DNA from: Candidatus Nealsonbacteria bacterium
Lineage (GTDB): Bacteria; Patescibacteriota; Minisyncoccia; Minisyncoccales; MHMH01
Assembly (NCBI GenBank): GCA_016181965.1
Contig: JACOYH010000008.1
Location: forward strand, 1-46,169
DNA length: 46,169 bases
Direction of reading: 5' to 3'
The notes below the pieces were generated by a model. The model was not told the origin of the DNA. It did not search any database and worked only from the letters and a program-made list of their open reading frames with translations. Made by a program: the position numbers and the translations under genes. Of this stretch, positions 43,549 through 46,169 are shown one piece after another; positions within the stretch are counted from its first letter, which is position 1, and each line of letters starts with the position of its first letter.

Positions 43549-45306
43549 TCATTGATAAATAATCACGACTGGCGCCGGGTCGAGCGCTAAAACCTCGCTC
43601 GGCGTCATTAATGGATTGTCGGAGCCCCACTCTCTCCCATTCGGATAAAATAGCTTAAAGCCCTTCAATGGTATATTTGTGGCGAGCTTATTATACTCGT
43701 AGTGATAATTCTTAGTAATGGGATGTCCAAAGCCATCCATATCGTGCACGAGATCGACTTTTGAATAATCTGCTGAAATAACTTCTCTATCGGTGATCAT
43801 CATGGGAGCGAATTGATGCACTATCAGAATTTTCTTTCCGGGAATACCATTGGCCGCCATATACTCCTGCATAATTTCCTGCGCCCGGTTCACATCATAC
43901 CCGCTGATGCCGCCGATTTCCTCCATGGGAATAGGGGTATGCCATTCCGGATCGATCGCCAAATGAACATTGTCGTATTTTAGATACGGGAGCATTTGCG
44001 ACACGGCCTCGGCAACTGTTCCGCGGCCGATCTGGTGATCAAGGATGACAATCATATTATTCTGCTTGGCTATTTCAATATAACGGGATAGGGTCTCCTC
44101 ATCTATAATACCTATAATTCCCTTGGGCTGGACGGTTCCAAAAACAATATGAAACGCCGGAATTGCTCCTCTCTCGCCATTGACTGCATCATATTCAGCC
44201 GCTTTGGCTTTGAGCATCTTTACCAAGTCCTCGGCGGAATATTCACCCAAAATACCCATCAAAGAAGTGTAAGGATGGCCGTAATAAGCCACAATCTGAT
44301 TATCGGCCAGCACCGATTCATTGGCCCGTCTTGGCTTGGCTTTGCTTGCGTATCTTTCCATCTTCTCAACGAAAGAGGCAAAGTCCAATGTATTGACCAT
44401 ATTGACCCGATAAATCCAGTGAGGATCGCTGCCGTATTTTACTCCGCCGTCTTCCCACAAAAGGAAAAATGTTTTATATCCGGCGCGCTTTGCGGCATCC
44501 AAAACCCTATCATTGACAGACCCGCCGGGCGCAATAAAACCGGTAACAGATTTTTCGAGTTTTTGCTCAAGCAGCGTTTTTGAATCATAAAGCTCTTTCC
44601 ATAATGCCTCATCGGAAAATTGATGTAGCGCTGGGATTAGGGGATGGCTTACAGAATGCGACTGCACGTCGACGACATTCGCTTTTTGCATGGTCAAAAG
44701 CTCTTGCCACGTAAAAACACCCTTGCCCGATTCGTAGATGGCGTCTGTGTAGAGCGCGAGCGTCGGCGTAAAGCCGTACCTTTCCTTCATCACGGGAATA
44801 ACGCGCTTCATTACGCTTTCATACCAATTATCGTCGAAAATAGCCACGAATGAGCGGGGATTTTGGATTTTCCCGGTAGTCATAAAATCGTAAAGCTCGT
44901 CAACGGTAATGCTGGAAAATCCATTTTCCGCAAACCACGCCATTTGCTTTTCAAACTCTTCGTAGCTTGTGCTCCAATAGTCCTTGGCGCCTTGACCCGG
45001 AGGAGCAATATAATGGTACATCAAGACCGGGATAGAAATATCTTGCGGGCTAATATATTCGCCCTTAGGCCGATAACCCAAACTCAAAAGATATGCTGTT
45101 AGATTTTGCAAGTCCTGGGTTGTTTTGTGGGTTGATAGCCAATCTAAGGCCGTTTTGTCCGGGGTCAGCCCGGTCAGGCCCATATAAATCTCGCGGGCGA
45201 TAAAAGAGTCCTTATCCGGCTCGTCGGCCTCGGCGACGCCCGTGCTAAGCATCATCAGTAAAATCACGGTCAAGATAGAAAAAATCACCAATACTATTCT
45301 ACGCAT
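43549..45306 (-). CDS. Secreted polysaccharide deacetylase (CE4/NodB) with an unassigned C-terminal domain of about 250 aa
   Basis: Signal/anchor MRRIVLVIFSILTVILLMMLSTGVAEA. NodB-like VLMYHYI..FDDNWYES..QSHSVSHP. The C-terminal half was not recognised. Confidence 0.7.
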   Translation of the reverse strand: MRRIVLVIFSILTVILLMMLSTGVAEADEPDKDSFIAREIYMGLTGLTPDKTALDWLSTHKTTQDLQNLTAYLLSLGYRPKGEYISPQDISIPVLMYHYIAPPGQGAKDYWSTSYEEFEKQMAWFAENGFSSITVDELYDFMTTGKIQNPRSFVAIFDDNWYESVMKRVIPVMKERYGFTPTLALYTDAIYESGKGVFTWQELLTMQKANVVDVQSHSVSHPLIPALHQFSDEALWKELYDSKTLLEQKLEKSVTGFIAPGGSVNDRVLDAAKRAGYKTFFLLWEDGGVKYGSDPHWIYRVNMVNTLDFASFVEKMERYASKAKPRRANESVLADNQIVAYYGHPYTSLMGILGEYSAEDLVKMLKAKAAEYDAVNGERGAIPAFHIVFGTVQPKGIIGIIDEETLSRYIEIAKQNNMIVILDHQIGRGTVAEAVSQMLPYLKYDNVHLAIDPEWHTPIPMEEIGGISGYDVNRAQEIMQEYMAANGIPGKKILIVHQFAPMMITDREVISADYSKVDLVHDMDGFGHPITKNYHYEYNKLATNIPLKGFKLFYPNGREWGSDNPLMTPSEVLALDPAPVVIIYQ

Positions 45307-45343
45307 GGGGGAGTCCTCCCGTTTTTTTGTTAAGATACCACTT

Positions 45344-45580
45344 TTATACTACCTTAAAAACGCCATTTATTTCAAACACTTTGTTTCTTTCGCGAAAGCC
45401 CCTGACCAGCCGAACGTTGGCCGCGGAAGTGCTAAAATACCTGGCCAGGGCATCAATCACCGCTTTGTTGGCAAGCCCCATCACGGGCTTTTCTTTAACC
45501 CAAACCTCAAAACTATCTTCGGTTTTCTTTAGTACTTCCTCCTTTTTCGAACCCGGAAAAACTTTAACTTTAATTAGCAT
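45344..45580 (-). CDS. DUF167 (YggU-like) protein
   Basis: KVKVFPGSKKEEV..VWVKEKPVMGLANKAVIDALARYF..VRLVRGFRERNKVFEI. Confidence 0.7.
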   Translation of the reverse strand: MLIKVKVFPGSKKEEVLKKTEDSFEVWVKEKPVMGLANKAVIDALARYFSTSAANVRLVRGFRERNKVFEINGVFKVV

Positions 45581-45663
45581 ATTGTTATATTATAACACAC
45601 CAAAACTCACTATGTTCTATTGATTCGAAAATAGATAATTGTTAGCATTAATTTACATAAAAT

Positions 45664-46169
45664 ATGCAGAAGATTTCTATTATCATACCCGTATACAACG
45701 AAAGAAAAACATTGGAAGAAATTATCGCAAAGGTGGAAGCGGCCCCGGTTTTGGGATTAGACAAAGAAATTGTTTTGGTCGATGACGGCTCTACTGACGG
45801 CACCCGAGATATTCTAAGAAAATTTGAGGCAAGGCATCATATTGTCTATCATCAAAAAAATCAAGGCAAAGGAGCGGCTCTTCGCACCGGCTTTATGGAG
45901 GCAACCGGCGATATCGTCTTGATTCAAGATGCCGACTTTGAATATGACCCCGGCGAATTTCCCAAACTCTTACAGCCCATCTTAGAGAATAAAGCCGACA
46001 TCGTTTATGGTTCGCGAAACTTACAGCGCAATCCCCGCTTTCGCAGAAGTTATTACTGGGGCTCTATTATTATCAGCAAAATGACCAATCTTTTTTACGG
46101 TTGCCATCTGACCGATGTTTATACTTGCTACAAGGCCTTCAAGACGCCTATTCTCAAGAAAATGAAATT
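45664..46169 (+). CDS. GT2 glycosyltransferase (the 3' end runs off the window)
   Basis: Not in the ORF track because there is no stop in the window. Hand translation: MQKISIIIPVYNERKTLEEII..VLVDDGSTDGT..LIQDADFEYDP. Confidence 0.8.
   Translation, partial: MQKISIIIPVYNERKTLEEIIAKVEAAPVLGLDKEIVLVDDGSTDGTRDILRKFEARHHIVYHQKNQGKGAALRTGFMEATGDIVLIQDADFEYDPGEFPKLLQPILENKADIVYGSRNLQRNPRFRRSYYWGSIIISKMTNLFYGCHLTDVYTCYKAFKTPILKKMK

Noticed and set aside
1-46169. CRISPR arrays, rRNA/tRNA genes, transposases/integrases and cobalamin riboswitches upstream of the B12-radical SAM genes
   Set aside because: I looked for regularly spaced repeats of 24 bp or more, tRNA cloverleaf signatures, DDE or tyrosine-recombinase motifs and B12-box-like leaders. 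None was found. The leaders upstream of the radical SAM genes are too short, under 100 nt, for a cobalamin riboswitch.

Overview
This 46 kb window comes from a low-GC bacterial genome with short, tightly packed, mostly minus-strand genes. The style resembles an uncultivated CPR/Patescibacteria-like lineage, but that is inference only. No rRNA, tRNA, CRISPR array, transposase or integrase was seen.

**1. Cell-surface glycan locus (1-26467, resuming at 39674-46169).**
- Five complete GT2/GT4/GT9 glycosyltransferases, plus a partial GT2 at each window edge.
- Three multi-pass GT-C-like membrane proteins and a flippase-like protein.
- Three SAM methyltransferases.
- gmd and an N-terminally short fcl, and a secreted CE4 deacetylase.
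- A recognisable but rearranged NDP-heptose pathway: an RfaE-type kinase, an RfaE-type nucleotidyltransferase fused to a transaldolase-fold domain, an HldD-like epimerase, a HAD phosphatase, a bicupin-transaldolase-fold fusion and a GT9 heptosyltransferase.
- Four paralogous B12-binding radical SAM enzymes and one SPASM radical SAM enzyme.
- One GC-rich orphan gene on the opposite strand, with its own promoter, Shine-Dalgarno site and terminator, splits the locus.

**2. Accessory/defence island of about 13 kb (26514-39556) inside the glycan locus.**
- A DUF4325/STAS-like protein and a Cas4-like PD-(D/E)XK nuclease.
- DoxX.
- A Type III-like restriction-modification operon: zinc-ribbon-DUF4145, Mod with a PKD-like tail, a short Res helicase, and a separate TnsA-N-like nuclease.
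- A plus-strand three-gene cassette: an OLD-family ATPase/Toprim nuclease, a proteasome-beta/HslV-like Ntn-hydrolase-like protein, and a multi-CxxC zinc-ribbon protein. I consider this the best candidate for an undescribed defence system.
- A structured 335-bp non-coding gap.
- A dual-specificity phosphatase-TspO fusion, a rhodanese and an MBL hydrolase.

All functional calls rest on motif recognition by eye. No database search was run.
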